Below are positions 39,860 to 49,400 of a stretch of DNA of 64,000 nt, one piece after another. The translations under genes were made by a program, and so were the position numbers. The DNA lies in the NCBI GenBank assembly GCA_043812935.1, contig JBDRLO010000024.1:9295-73294 (forward strand). Direction: 5' to 3'. This DNA is from Candidatus Omnitrophota bacterium. GTDB lineage: Bacteria > Omnitrophota > Gorgyraeia > Tantalellales > Tantalellaceae. How positions within the stretch are numbered: the first letter of the stretch is position 1; each line of letters begins with the position of its first letter. Below the pieces are notes generated by a model, which saw nothing but the letters and a program-made list of their open reading frames with translations, had not been told where the DNA came from and did no database searches.

Positions 39860-40630
39860 ATGGGTGCTGTTTTTGCAATTACCCGCGCGATGATAAAAGA
39901 ATTAATCCGAAAAAAAGATTTTTATGTTTTATCTCTTTTGCTGATTTGTTTTCTTGTCTTTTTATCAACTCAGAATTTTTTTCAAGTTGACGGTATTTCC
40001 CGATATATTAAAGATTTAGGCTATTCCTTAATGACGTTTTTCGCGTTTATTATTGCGGTCATATTTACCGCGAAGCAGCTTCCTTCTGAAATTGAAAGCC
40101 GAACAATATATCCGCTGTTAGCAAAGCCGTTGAGCCGTCATATGCTTATTCTGTCAAAATTTTTCGGGAGCCTGATTATTTCAATAAGCTCATATTCAAT
40201 ATTTTTTTGCGTTTTTGTTTTGTTTTGCTTTTTAAAAAACACGGGTATTAATAATGTTTTGTTATTGCAGGCTTTTATTTTCGGTATTCTTTTTCTTTGC
40301 CTGACATCTTCGGTTGTAATTTTTTTGTCTACATTTTTAACAATGGCGGCAAACGTGACAATATCATTTTTGATATATTTTCTTATAACCGGGTTTGCGG
40401 ATGTTTTATACACTGCGGCGGTTTACTCCAAAGGGTTAAAGGAGGCGGGGCTGGGCGTTTTGTACTATATTATTCCGCATATGGATTTTTATGATTTACG
40501 TTTGCGTATTACACACGCGTGGGATCCTTTGAAATTTTGGGACGTTGCGGTTGTTATCGGCTATACGCTGGTGTATTGTTCTTTTCTTTTGTATTTTGCG
40601 GGGAATATTTTTAAAGGGAAACGGCTTTGA
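39860..40630 (+). CDS. ABC-2 type transporter permease
   Basis: EIESRTIYPLLAKPLSR...KFFG; 6 TMs. Confidence 0.85.
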   Translation: MGAVFAITRAMIKELIRKKDFYVLSLLLICFLVFLSTQNFFQVDGISRYIKDLGYSLMTFFAFIIAVIFTAKQLPSEIESRTIYPLLAKPLSRHMLILSKFFGSLIISISSYSIFFCVFVLFCFLKNTGINNVLLLQAFIFGILFLCLTSSVVIFLSTFLTMAANVTISFLIYFLITGFADVLYTAAVYSKGLKEAGLGVLYYIIPHMDFYDLRLRITHAWDPLKFWDVAVVIGYTLVYCSFLLYFAGNIFKGKRL

Positions 40631-41397
40631 ATATTAAAAATATTGCAATAATTCTCATATGGTTCTTATCGGTTATTTTATGCGTTTCAACAATAATGTC
40701 TGCCGATTCTGTCCAGGCGGTATCTTATCCATTCGATTCTGCCCCATTTTTTATCCAGTTATTAGGAGAAGGAAAATCAGTTGTTTCTGCGTGGTCATTC
40801 CTGCAGGCGGATCTTTATTACCATGGGGGAGTGGGGCATTTATGCGAGGACGAAGCTGATCATGATGAGCATGATAAACAGCCCGTCATAAGCGAATGGA
40901 ATGTTTTGTTCCGGTTGAAAGATGATCTGAATATTACGGAGCATATACATCTGAAAGGTAATGATTTAAAGGAAATACTGCCATGGCTGTATTATTCCGC
41001 GGAAATTGACCCGCATAACGTGCAGGCCATAACAACGACTGCGTTTTATGTCGCGGATATGTTTGGTAAGCCTGAAGAAGCAATAAGTTATTTGCGAAAA
41101 GGGCTAAGGAATAATATTAATTCCTGGGAGATTTACGCGGAAATGGGAATAATCTATTTCAGATTTATAAATAATTCTGCTAAAGCCGTTAATTTTCTAG
41201 TGCGCGCGGAACAATTAATGTTAAAAAGTGAACATAACAAATATCAGGAAAGATCTGTCCTTACCTTTCTTGCTGCAAGTTACGTTAAGTTGGGTCAAAA
41301 TGAAGACGCGTTTCGTGTTTATTCACGTTTGGCAGAACTTTTCCCCGAAGAAGAAGCCTTTAAAAAGAAATTGGATAAGTTAGAAAAGAATATGTAA
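40627..41397 (+). CDS. Membrane-anchored TPR protein with His/acid-rich loop
   Basis: N-terminal TM, ADLYYHGGVGH...DHDEHD, HIHL, TPR helices. Confidence 0.7.
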   Translation: MNIKNIAIILIWFLSVILCVSTIMSADSVQAVSYPFDSAPFFIQLLGEGKSVVSAWSFLQADLYYHGGVGHLCEDEADHDEHDKQPVISEWNVLFRLKDDLNITEHIHLKGNDLKEILPWLYYSAEIDPHNVQAITTTAFYVADMFGKPEEAISYLRKGLRNNINSWEIYAEMGIIYFRFINNSAKAVNFLVRAEQLMLKSEHNKYQERSVLTFLAASYVKLGQNEDAFRVYSRLAELFPEEEAFKKKLDKLEKNM

Positions 41398-41433
41398 CAT
41401 GCGGCATTATATCCACTTAAATTGAGAATGGAC

Positions 41434-41488
41434 TTGACTTTGCGAAATTTATATGTTATCATGTGAACAATTGTTCATATGATAACAT
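41434..41488 (+). promoter_or_regulatory. Sigma70 promoter overlapped by an ArsR/SmtB-type operator palindrome
   Basis: TTGACT-17-TATCAT; 36-bp near-perfect palindrome ATGTTATCATGTGAACAATTGTTCATATGATAACAT (41453-41488) with SmtB/CzrA-like TGAA-n6-TTCA core. Confidence 0.85.
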
Positions 41489-41501
41489 TGGGGGAAGTAA
41501 A

Positions 41502-41828
41502 ATGCGGGCAAAGATTTTGGCTGATATAAAGAAAAGGATGAAGGGTAGAATAGTAATTGATAAATTATCCAGGACTTTTAGTGTTTTAGGAGATTCGACT
41601 AGAATAAGGATTATTTTCGCGTTATTGAGAGAAGAGCTTTGTGTCGCGGAACTCTCTCTTCTTTTGCAAATAAGCCATTCGGCGATATCGCATCAATTGA
41701 GGGCATTAAAGGATCTTGATTTGGTAAAAAACCGAAAAGAGGGGAAAAAGGTTTATTATTCTCTTAGCGATAAACACATTAAAAACCTTTTTGATGAAGG
41801 GTTGAAACATGTTCTGGAAAAAGTATAG
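41502..41828 (+). CDS. ArsR/SmtB family metalloregulator
   Basis: LGDSTRIRI, ELCV, SAISHQLRAL, VYYSLSDKHI...HVLE (alpha5 site). Confidence 0.92.
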   Translation: MRAKILADIKKRMKGRIVIDKLSRTFSVLGDSTRIRIIFALLREELCVAELSLLLQISHSAISHQLRALKDLDLVKNRKEGKKVYYSLSDKHIKNLFDEGLKHVLEKV

Positions 41829-42050
41829 TGTTTATAAATACGAAAATGTTATTAAAATATGTTAAGGTTATGCAAAACATTATGGTTGGTTTTTTCGGCT
41901 TGCTTGTATTGAACAAAGCTGAAGATATTTGGAATCTATAATTCGTTTATAGAGATTTCGGGACTAAGCATTAGTGTTCGTTTGGGATGATAACCAGCGG
42001 GATTTATCCTCTTGCAGAACTTTTTAAATATAATAGAAATGGAGAAGGCA

Positions 42051-42284
42051 ATGGGTTCATTAAATTTAACACAGCTTAAGGTAAAGCAGCAGGCTGAAGT
42101 TTTGGAAATAGACGGCGGGCAGGTTCTTGTTCAGAGGCTTGAGTCTTTAGGCATACGAGCTGGTATTCAAATAACAAAAATTAGTTCGCATTTTTGGAGA
42201 GGTCCGGTTACGGTATTAGTCGGAAAAACAAAAATCGCTATTGGTTATGGAATGGCTAAAAAAATAAAAGTTATGGTAAAATAA
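42051..42284 (+). CDS. feoA: Ferrous iron transport protein A
   Basis: QRLESLGIRAG, GPVTV, IAIGYGMAKKI. Confidence 0.9.
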   Translation: MGSLNLTQLKVKQQAEVLEIDGGQVLVQRLESLGIRAGIQITKISSHFWRGPVTVLVGKTKIAIGYGMAKKIKVMVK

Positions 42285-42285
42285 T

Positions 42286-44010
42286 ATGTCTTCGAGGGAA
42301 TCAAAAATTCTTCTTATGGGTAATCCCAATGTTGGGAAGAGCGCTATATTTTCACGCTTAACCGGCGCTAAAGTTACTATTTCAAATTATCCCGGAACAA
42401 CGGTTGGCTTAAGTCAGGGCTATATGAAGTTTCGCCCGGATGAGATGGGTCTTGTTATAGATGTTCCGGGTATCTACGGGTTAGAACCGTTGTCAAAGGC
42501 CGACGAAGTTGCCGTTGATATGTTAACGAAAGGCGACGTAATAATCAATGTTGTTGATGCAACCAATCTTGAGAGAAATCTTTTCTTAACACTTGAACTT
42601 AAAGAAAAAAATCCATTTATTATAGTTGCCCTTAATATGTGGGATGAAACCCGGCATAAGGGCATAGAAATAAATGTTGAAAAACTCGAAAAAGAATTGG
42701 GGATTTCTGTTGTTCCTGTGTGCGGTATTACCGGATTTGGGATTAAAGAACTTAGGGAAAGGCTTGCGAATCTGGAAAAAACCGAAAAAAATTTTTTAAC
42801 AAAAGATCAGAAATGGGAAGAGATAGGGCGTGTATTGGAAATTTCTCAGGTTTTGCATCACCATCATCATACTCTTCTTGAAAGATTTGAGGATATAAGC
42901 ACACGTCCGGGAACAGGGCTTCCCATAGCCGTTTTGGTCGTGTATTGTTCTTTTATGCTTATTCGGTTTATAGGGGAGGCTCTTATTCAAAATGTTTTTG
43001 AGCCGCTGTTTACAAAGATCTGGATGCCTTTTTTAGAAAGAATCAGCGTTTTAATGGGCAATGAAGGTTTTTTTCATGATGTACTCATTGGCAGACTGAT
43101 AGATGGAAACATTGATTATGGCCAGTCTTTCGGGCTTTTAAGTACCGGGTTGTATGTTCCTGTTGCAGCAGTTTTACCATATATCTTGAGTTTTTATCTA
43201 ATATTAGGCATACTTGAAGACTTGGGGTATTTGCCTCGGTTAGCAACACAGGTTGATAACCTTATGCACCGAATAGGGCTTCATGGGTACGCGATAGTTC
43301 CTATGATATTGGGGCTGGGTTGTAATGTTCCTGGAGCCATGGCTTTACGGCTTCTGGAAAACAGACGTGAAAAATTTATAGCAGCGACGCTTATGGCCGT
43401 TGCAGTACCTTGTATGGCGCAAATAGCTATGATAGTCGGATTAGTAGGCCAGCGCGGAGGACGTTATGTGGCATTAATTTTTGGAATACTTTTTTCAATT
43501 GTTGTAATTAAAGGTGTTTTAATGAACGCAATAATGCCGGGAAAAAGTCCTGAAATTTTATGGGAAATCCCGCCGTATAGGATGCCTCATCCAAAAGCTG
43601 TGATAAAGAAACTTTGGATGAGGGTCGGGGAATTTTTAAAAGAAGCTGTGCCGTATGTGCTTTTGGGCGTTTTTATTGTAAATATGCTTTATGCGTTAAA
43701 AATTTTTGATGTATTATCACGGATATTTGCGCCGATATTGACAGGAATGTGGGGGTTGCCGAAAGAAACAATATCAGCTCTTATGATGGGGTTTTTACGA
43801 AAAGATGTTGCAGTGGGTATGTTAGCTCCCCTTTCATTGACAACTAAACAACTTGTAATTACATGCACAATTTTAGCGGTTTATTTTCCGTGCATGGCGA
43901 CCTTTATAGTTATGCTTCGTGAGTTGGGGATTAAAGATATGTTAAAGTCCGCGTTTTTAATGATATTAACCGCGTTAATTGTTGGAGTATTGCTGAATAT
44001 TTTTCTCTGA
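42286..44010 (+). CDS. feoB: Ferrous iron transport protein B (short form)
   Basis: GNPNVGKS, SNYPGTTV, DVPG, NMWD, EDLGYLPR, GLGCNVP, YFPC. Confidence 0.93.
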   Translation: MSSRESKILLMGNPNVGKSAIFSRLTGAKVTISNYPGTTVGLSQGYMKFRPDEMGLVIDVPGIYGLEPLSKADEVAVDMLTKGDVIINVVDATNLERNLFLTLELKEKNPFIIVALNMWDETRHKGIEINVEKLEKELGISVVPVCGITGFGIKELRERLANLEKTEKNFLTKDQKWEEIGRVLEISQVLHHHHHTLLERFEDISTRPGTGLPIAVLVVYCSFMLIRFIGEALIQNVFEPLFTKIWMPFLERISVLMGNEGFFHDVLIGRLIDGNIDYGQSFGLLSTGLYVPVAAVLPYILSFYLILGILEDLGYLPRLATQVDNLMHRIGLHGYAIVPMILGLGCNVPGAMALRLLENRREKFIAATLMAVAVPCMAQIAMIVGLVGQRGGRYVALIFGILFSIVVIKGVLMNAIMPGKSPEILWEIPPYRMPHPKAVIKKLWMRVGEFLKEAVPYVLLGVFIVNMLYALKIFDVLSRIFAPILTGMWGLPKETISALMMGFLRKDVAVGMLAPLSLTTKQLVITCTILAVYFPCMATFIVMLRELGIKDMLKSAFLMILTALIVGVLLNIFL

Positions 44011-44043
44011 TTGTCCGTAACAGTACTTTGACGGGAGCAGATT

Positions 44044-45225
44044 GTGAAAGAAAAATATATAGAAAAGCTAAATGGTTTGTGGCATAAAAAAATGTCACGC
44101 AGGGATTTTATAAAAAAAACCATTGCCGCAGGCATAACAGCAGGGACTTCTATGTATCTTTTGGATGTCGGTGCAAGGTACAAAACATATGCTGCAATTG
44201 GTGAAAAAAGAGGAATGCATGAAGCCCTTTTTTATGAGAAAATGGGGGAGGGAAGTGTTCGCTGTCTATTATGCCCCAATGAATGTATGCTCTCGAATGG
44301 TGCCAGAGGTTTTTGTCGTGTGCGCGAACCTATAAACGGAAAATTATATACATTGGTTTATGAACTTATTTGTTCCGCGCATGTTGATCCGATTGAAAAA
44401 AAACCATTATTTCATGTTTTGCCGGGCAGTAAATCTTTTTCAATTGCTACAGCCGGATGTAATTCACGATGTAAATTCTGTCAAAACTGGACAATTTCAC
44501 AACGTCCTCCCGAAGAAACAGTTAACCAGGTGTTGACTAACATGAACCTGACTTTAACCGCTAAACAAAATGACTGCGCTTCTATCGCGTATACTTATAC
44601 GGAACCCATTGTTTTTTATGAATATGTACTTGACGCCGGCAGGATCGCGAAAGAGAACGGGCTTCTTAATATTCTTGTAACGGGAGGTAAAATTAACGCG
44701 GAACCGCTAAAAAAATTATGCCAAGTAGCTTCTGCCGCTAATGTTGACTTAAAATCGTTTAATAACAAGTATATGAAAGAGGTATGCGCGCAGGATCTTG
44801 ATAATATTCTACAAACACTTACAATATTGCGGCAGCGGGGGGTTTGGGTTGAAATAACCAATTTGATAGTGCCAACGCTTAATGACAATATGGATGATAT
44901 AAGGCGCATGGTAAAATGGATTAAATCTAATCTTGGACCGGATGTTCCAATGCATTTTTCAAGGTTTTGGCCGCAGTATAAACTGCGTTCGTTATATCCG
45001 ACACCAGTTGAAACTTTGAAACAAGCCAGAGAAATGGCCATGGCAGAAGGTTTGAATTACGTTTATGTCGGGAACGTTCCGGAAGAAGATACGGAAAGCA
45101 CGATATGTCCGAATTGTAAAAATAAAGTAATAAAAAGAATAGGTTATAAGATAATTCAGAACAATGTATCTTCTAACGGCAAATGCAAATTTTGCGGACA
45201 TGAAATTGCAGGGATATGGAGTTAG
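44044..45225 (+). CDS. AmmeMemoRadiSam system radical SAM enzyme with Tat-type signal
   Basis: SRRDFIKK twin-arginine motif; CLLCPNEC, VDPIEKKPLFH, GCNSRCKFCQNW, YTYTEP, YVGNV, CPNC...CKFC. Confidence 0.9.
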   Translation: MKEKYIEKLNGLWHKKMSRRDFIKKTIAAGITAGTSMYLLDVGARYKTYAAIGEKRGMHEALFYEKMGEGSVRCLLCPNECMLSNGARGFCRVREPINGKLYTLVYELICSAHVDPIEKKPLFHVLPGSKSFSIATAGCNSRCKFCQNWTISQRPPEETVNQVLTNMNLTLTAKQNDCASIAYTYTEPIVFYEYVLDAGRIAKENGLLNILVTGGKINAEPLKKLCQVASAANVDLKSFNNKYMKEVCAQDLDNILQTLTILRQRGVWVEITNLIVPTLNDNMDDIRRMVKWIKSNLGPDVPMHFSRFWPQYKLRSLYPTPVETLKQAREMAMAEGLNYVYVGNVPEEDTESTICPNCKNKVIKRIGYKIIQNNVSSNGKCKFCGHEIAGIWS

Positions 45226-45339
45226 ATACATCATAGAGAAACTTGTGTTTTAAAATATAAAAAAGAATAAAGTAACAGTTGTGTTGAATTTCGGGAGGGT
45301 ATCCGGTTTAGTTAAAGGAAAACAAACAAGGAGGGGATT

Positions 45340-45801
45340 ATGGTAAGGAAGGTGTTTTTATCAGTTATGGTACTATGTGTTTTTGCTCTGGCATTTGTTC
45401 CTGTTCAGCAGGCGTTTGCGTTCGGGCACAAAGGGGGAGAGGATTACGGCAAAGATAAATCATGTTATGGCGAAGCGGGATGCGGGTTTTATAAAACCAT
45501 ACACCATGTGTTATACAAAAAGAAAGAATTGGATCTTTCTGCGGATCAGGTAAATCAGATAAAGTTGCTTGTGAAACAAATAAAAAAAGATAACATTAAT
45601 ATGGATGCCCAAATAAAAACGTTAAAAGTTGAAATTGATACCATGATGTGGGAATTTCCCTTTGAAACTGAAGGCGTAAATGATCTTGTTGCGCAGAAGT
45701 ATGACCTTAAAAAACAAAAGGCCCAACGTTTGGTAGCGGCGAACGACAAATTAAAAGCGATTTTAACAAGTGAGCAGTTAGAAAAACTTAAGACACTGTA
45801 A
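45340..45801 (+). CDS. Periplasmic Spy/CpxP-like protein
   Basis: Signal peptide AFA; LDLSADQ and ILTSEQ (LTxxQ) motifs. Confidence 0.7.
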   Translation: MVRKVFLSVMVLCVFALAFVPVQQAFAFGHKGGEDYGKDKSCYGEAGCGFYKTIHHVLYKKKELDLSADQVNQIKLLVKQIKKDNINMDAQIKTLKVEIDTMMWEFPFETEGVNDLVAQKYDLKKQKAQRLVAANDKLKAILTSEQLEKLKTL

Positions 45802-45818
45802 ACATTCAAAAGTTTAAT

Positions 45819-46988
45819 ATGTCAAAAAGAGCGTTTTGGATATTGCTAATAGCCGCATTCTCATCAATGTTGGGTTTAGGTATTATATCTCCATTTTTGC
45901 CGGAATTTGCTGAGGAACACGGCGCGAACGGTTTTTGGCTCGGTATGATATTCGCCGGCTTTGGTTTTTCGCGCAGCTTTATTATGCCAATTGTTGGAAA
46001 ACTGTTTGATAAAGCGCGCGGAAAAACCATAGTAACAAGCGGATTATTGTTATATGCCGTTGTTTCGCTTTTTTACCCGGCAGCAGGTTCAATTTTTTCG
46101 TTAATTACAATACGCGTTATTCATGGGTTTGCAGCGGGCATGATTACGCCTATTGTTATGGCGTATGTTGGTGTTTTTTCAGAAAAAGGCAGGGAGTCCG
46201 TTACAACAGGCGCTCTGAATATGATGTTTTATCTTGGGCTGGCCGCAGGCCCCTTTTTAGGCGGAATACTTAACTTTTTCTTCGGGTTTAATTCCATATT
46301 TTATGTAATGGCCGGGCTGGGGTTGATTACATTTTTTATGGTATTGTTTTTTATTCCCGGAAAAATTGAGCAGAAGTTAGTTGTGGATACGGATGATAAA
46401 GGGAAAATAAAATCATTTAAGAGTCTTATTCAGAGTAATTTTATAAAGGCAGTACTTATAATTACCGCTATTATTACGTTTATGATAGTTTTGTTTTTAG
46501 CTTTAGTCCCGTCTCTTGCTGTAATCAAACATATAGATGCAATCCACATAGGAATTATCATATCTCTTGGGATATTTTTGGGAGGTATTTTGCAAATTCC
46601 TTTTGGAAAAATTGCCGATCATTTTGATAATTTTGGTAAACTGCTTATGATTGGTATAGGAACGGCTATCGGGATGTTATCACTTTTAGCAATGCCGTTA
46701 TGTCCTGATTTTACGGCAATGCTTATTGCCGGGGTTTTTATAGGGATTGGGGCCGGAGTATCAGCCCCTGCTTTGAGCGGTATTGCGGTTATCATAGGAC
46801 AAACAGCCGGTATGGGCAGCTGGATGGGGATATTTTTTTGTGTTAAAAGCCTGTCGTTTGTGATTACACCGATTATTGCAGGAATCATAATGGATTTTTT
46901 TGGAATTGATGCCGCGTTTTACACATTAGCAATCCTGGGTTTTTTCGGCGCATGGATGTTTGTGCATTATTTACGGAAAAAGAACTAA
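45819..46988 (+). CDS. MFS transporter
   Basis: GKLFDKARGK (motif A-like), RVIHGFAAG, GPFLGG; 12 TMs. Confidence 0.9.
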   Translation: MSKRAFWILLIAAFSSMLGLGIISPFLPEFAEEHGANGFWLGMIFAGFGFSRSFIMPIVGKLFDKARGKTIVTSGLLLYAVVSLFYPAAGSIFSLITIRVIHGFAAGMITPIVMAYVGVFSEKGRESVTTGALNMMFYLGLAAGPFLGGILNFFFGFNSIFYVMAGLGLITFFMVLFFIPGKIEQKLVVDTDDKGKIKSFKSLIQSNFIKAVLIITAIITFMIVLFLALVPSLAVIKHIDAIHIGIIISLGIFLGGILQIPFGKIADHFDNFGKLLMIGIGTAIGMLSLLAMPLCPDFTAMLIAGVFIGIGAGVSAPALSGIAVIIGQTAGMGSWMGIFFCVKSLSFVITPIIAGIIMDFFGIDAAFYTLAILGFFGAWMFVHYLRKKN

Positions 46989-47017
46989 CGCGTTCAAACA
47001 GAAATTAAAACGCTGAG

Positions 47018-47055
47018 AAAAATGGGGACGATTTACAATTGTCCCCATTTTTTTT
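47018..47055 (+). terminator. Intrinsic terminator / GGGGAC-GTCCCC palindrome
   Basis: AAAAATGGGGACGATT...AATTGTCCCCATTTTTTTT. Confidence 0.75.
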
Positions 47056-47322
47056 ATGAATGTAATATTAACAAAACTACATTTTGAATATCTTATTTTA
47101 AAAAAATACAAAAAAAATTGAAAGAAAATACCTCTTTTTGTTGTCTCTATAAGTAGGGGGAAAAGTGTTTTCGCTGAAACTTTTTCTTCGCTTTCGGAAT
47201 TCCGGGGTTCAAAAGGGAATTTGGATAAGAATTTCGCAAGTGGGGGCTGTCTCGTTTTAGTGAAAACAACAGGGAAAACTTCCGGGTGCAAGCCCGTGAA
47301 ATTTCAGCAAAAGGAGGAACAT

Positions 47323-47688
47323 ATGAACGAGCAGGAATTTTGGAACTTTATAAAAAAGTCCTGGAAACAAGGCCGTAGAATAAAAACTTCGGTAACAAGA
47401 AATTTTATAGATCCGGAGTTACAAGTTATAGGAAAATATTTTGAAGCGCATGTATATCTTCCAAAGAATTATGAAGAACTATCAGAAGAGTTATTAATTG
47501 AAATAACGAAGCTCTTATACAGCAAAAAAATTCAATTAAAAACAAAAGAAGCAATTTTGATAATCTTGGCGCATCAAAAATCACGGGATATTCTGAAGCC
47601 CCTTGAAACATATTGCAAAAATGCCGATAAAGAAATTAAAGCTTTTGCAATGCTAGCACTTGACGAATATCGAACATGGAATAATTAG
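47323..47688 (+). CDS. Hypothetical helical protein
   Basis: AAGGAGG RBS before ATG 47323; 121 aa. Confidence 0.65.
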   Translation: MNEQEFWNFIKKSWKQGRRIKTSVTRNFIDPELQVIGKYFEAHVYLPKNYEELSEELLIEITKLLYSKKIQLKTKEAILIILAHQKSRDILKPLETYCKNADKEIKAFAMLALDEYRTWNN

Positions 47689-48163
47689 CGGAATATGGTT
47701 GCTGATTCTTCATGAAATCAACAAAATATAGATATTAGTAGGGGGGAGGTAAAATCACGAAAATCAGTTATAAATCCGTTATTTAAGTGGTTATGTAGGG
47801 AAATTATGACAAAAATTTAAAAATATACGCTATATGCGCAAAAAAGCATCAATTCAGGCAGGATATGTCAATAAAGCCCTGAACACGTCTTATATGGCTA
47901 ATAAAGGCTATTTAAAGCTGATATATGAGTAAATTTGTGGGAATAAATGGTAGTTTGCATGAAAAAATGAATAGGTTGAATGTTTGGATATAGGTAAACA
48001 CCAATATTACATAAGACGTTATAATTAAAAGAGTTAGAATTATGAGTAGATACTAACAATAAAATGTTTAGATAAGTAGGTTGCTTTTAATGTATCTTGA
48101 GACAATGTGAGTGTATTCCGTGAATATTGGCCCAAAAGAATAAAAATGACCCACCCAGTACGA

Positions 48164-48191
48164 AGTTAACATAAGATACATTATCGGACGT
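48164..48191 (-). other. XerCD recombination (dif/xrs) site
   Basis: Minus strand ACGTCCGATAA-TGTATC-TTATGTTAACT vs E. coli dif GGTGCGCATAA-TGTATA-TTATGTTAAAT; lies in a roughly 620-bp non-coding gap. Confidence 0.85.
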
Positions 48192-48310
48192 TCAGTTGTT
48201 CTGATTTGAGGGGTTTTGGATAGATTTGTTTTGAAATCTCTGATTGTTTCTATGTTTTTTGGCTTAGTCTTGTGAATTTTGACGTGTTAGTGCTTATTAT
48301 TTACAATGAC

Positions 48311-49219
48311 TCATAGACATATATGTGATATGAGTTGATATCCCTTTAAAATGCTCTCAGAGACCATCTGTGACATCATTTGGATGTTCCCCATATCACC
48401 CTTAGAAAGTGCTAAATAGTAATTATATTGGTCCTCAATACGGATTAAAGCCGGCGGAAAACCGTTTAAAAGAAGCTGTGTGTTCATTAAAAGCCGTCCA
48501 ATACGGCCATTTCCGTCAAAAAATGGATGAATTGTTTCAAATTCATAGTGATCCGCGGCAATCTTTTTTATAGGATTTGTGCCGTAATTATTAATGTTAT
48601 TCAAAAGTTTTTTCATTTTTATTGGAACCATTTGTGCTGATGGTAATTTTACTTCAGTATTAGTCAAATTTACGTAACCTGTACGGTATTTTCCCGGAAG
48701 TTTGTGGTTAAAATTATATAATACTATTTTATGCAATTCTAAAATGTAATTTTCAGTAATTTTAAATCCAGGTTTAATCATATCCAGCATAAAAACTAAT
48801 GCGTTTCTGAGATTAACAGCTTCAAGTATTTCCAAAAAGTGCCGTCCCTTTACTTCCCCATTTTCAAGAGCTTGTTCGGTTTCTTTAAGCGTCATTCTGC
48901 TGCCCTCAATTGCATTTGAATTATATGTGGTTTCGAGAAAAAATTTTTCCCGAAGCTCCCTATTGGTGTGCAGTTTTTGTATTGGATTGGGCATATTTTT
49001 AGCGATTTGTATAACGTGCGGCGTTAAGTCAATGGTTTCTTTGAAAAGCGTGTCCAAGTGCCTGGATTGTGCCGGGTGCGGTTTTATTCCCTGAGTTAAC
49101 CATCTATGGATTGTGTTGTATGATACTTCAAGCACTCTGGCAATTTCTGTTTGTGTAAGCCCCGCTGAATTGATTAGCTTTTCAAGTTTTTCTTTGTCTG
49201 TTAATGTGACATTTTTCAT
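48311..49219 (-). CDS. Fic family protein with N-terminal XRE-type HTH
   Basis: LTQTEIARVLEVSYNTIHRW; inhibitory SNAIEG motif; HPFFDGNGRIGR. Confidence 0.92.
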   Translation of the reverse strand: MKNVTLTDKEKLEKLINSAGLTQTEIARVLEVSYNTIHRWLTQGIKPHPAQSRHLDTLFKETIDLTPHVIQIAKNMPNPIQKLHTNRELREKFFLETTYNSNAIEGSRMTLKETEQALENGEVKGRHFLEILEAVNLRNALVFMLDMIKPGFKITENYILELHKIVLYNFNHKLPGKYRTGYVNLTNTEVKLPSAQMVPIKMKKLLNNINNYGTNPIKKIAADHYEFETIHPFFDGNGRIGRLLMNTQLLLNGFPPALIRIEDQYNYYLALSKGDMGNIQMMSQMVSESILKGYQLISHICL

Positions 49220-49267
49220 AGATAACTTTCAAATGCTATGTGACATATGTTATAAAATGTTATACAT

Positions 49268-49296
49268 ATTATATATAAAATGTTGTAGTGTGTCAA
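49268..49296 (-). promoter_or_regulatory. Consensus sigma70 promoter of the HTH-Fic gene
   Basis: Minus strand TTGACA-17 bp-TATAAT; nearby AAATGYTRT direct repeats are candidate operators. Confidence 0.8.
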
Positions 49297-49400
49297 ATAG
49301 TTTTTTGTTTTTATTGTTTTATTTGGCTTGGTGTGAGTATTTGCTACTTACCTGTTGCAAATGTAATTCTCGTAACGTTCTGTCGTATAAGAAACTTATT

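Noticed and set aside
41830-42040. Riboswitch or small ORF upstream of feoA
   Set aside because: No recognisable aptamer consensus; only very short ORFs without RBS
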